64,000 nt of DNA from contig NC_081362.1 of NCBI RefSeq assembly GCF_030684315.1, forward strand, positions 64,522,586-64,586,585, written 5' to 3'. This document shows, one piece after another, positions 62,846 to 64,000 of this stretch (the stretch's first letter is position 1; each line of letters begins with the position of its first letter). Position numbers and translations under genes: made by a program. The DNA comes from Stegostoma tigrinum. Lineage: Eukaryota. The notes below the pieces were generated by a model. The model saw only the letters and a program-made list of their open reading frames with translations. It was not told the origin of the DNA and searched no databases.

Positions 62846-64000
62846 GTATGAAATAGTAATATTCATTACACTGGCTTTATTCTGTTTGAAGGTTTCAGTT
62901 TACATAATAAAGGTTTAGAAATGGTTTGGATAAGTGTGGTTGCAAAATTCTGTAATTACAATGGATCAGGACAGAAGATATAAGTAACTGGAAAGATAAA
63001 AATAAAGCAATTTGGCTTTATAATCTTGATGAAGCATTCAAGTTTATAAATAAAGCGTTATGATTTATACGTTTTATGATCATATAAACCCTTTATTTAT
63101 TAAATATACTTCTATGCACAGAACAAAGCACTTCCAGCCATGAATGTTGTTTTGTTTGCTTTCCAGCTGCTCCTTTGTATTTTATCTAATTTGATCCCCT
63201 GATTTAGCTTGCGCAATTTAGCAACAGCATGCAATGCCACTGATAACATACCTTTATTTATCTGCTGTCAGTTCAGAAAAAAAACTGTGTTTTACAGAAG
63301 ACTAGGAGAAAACTAAGCAATAAGCCAATGGAGAAATTATGAAACATGACGAAAATATTTGGGCAAAGACATGCATTATAAGGAGAGTTTTAAAGAAGGC
63401 GAGATTAATGCTGGGACAAAGGTGATAAAGGTGCAGTTACATTGTGTGAGATCCAGTCTACTGCAGGCATGGTTGCTAGGAACATAATCAGACTATCATA
63501 AATCAAAGGTTACTATTGGCTAAGACCAGTACAGTTAATGATTTCTGCTCTGATAGTCACACTTGTTTTGGTCTTTTTTACAATTTACGCCAAATGAAAT
63601 AATTTGTCTGCCCATTCAGTCAGTTTGTCTAAATTGACCGTCATCATTATGTTGTTGTATCATGGATTGTTCATTAATAAGTTTGAATATTAGTTTGGTA
63701 CTGTGGGTAGGAGGTCCAGCGCATTGCATAGTATGGCTTGATATTACAAATCCATTTCTCAACCCGGTGCAGTTCGAGGTGGAGGCGTGGGATGGTGGGG
63801 TTTGTGTGGGTATTGAAATCAGGGTGAGCTACCATCTATTGTTGAGTCACATACAAAAGGTTCAGCAGCCAGAGTTATTGAATAAAACGTCCTTTTCTTG
63901 CACTCTCAGAATGGTATATCCTTATGTTATTCAGGTGTGAAAGAAAGGGAGGACTCAAGGGGCTGAGGTAGAGATTTAAGCAAAGAACTTGGAGAAGGGG

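Noticed and set aside
63640-64000. Possible PKDCC exon 5 or LINE fragment
   Set aside because: No kinase-like translation with suitable splice sites and no diagnostic retroelement motif; truncated by the window end.

Overview
Repeat-rich vertebrate genomic DNA, most likely from a shark (inferred from HE1/V-type and Deu-domain SINEs plus CR1 and Penelope-like repeats). It holds one host gene: coding exons 1-4 of PKDCC (VLK, secretory-pathway tyrosine kinase) on the + strand (45147-62845), continuing past the window end. A CpG-rich CCAAT/GC-box promoter at ~44.5-45.0 kb sits inside a broad CpG-retaining zone (~39-52 kb). The first 39 kb are mostly retroelements: a near-full-length, disabled and apparently chimeric CR1 LINE, older LINE fragments, SINEs and at least three Penelope-like element (PLE) families carrying minimal hammerhead ribozyme motifs. 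The most striking pattern is a size series (160 bp to 2.2 kb) of inverted PLE insertions flanked by target-site duplications (TSDs), each with a 3' tail on one arm only. It includes an apparently perfect 692-bp-arm palindrome. A separate ~100-bp ribozyme-only insertion lies just upstream of the PKDCC promoter. No prokaryote-type system is present; most short ORFs in the track are repeat-derived noise. Coordinates of old repeats are approximate and no database search was possible.
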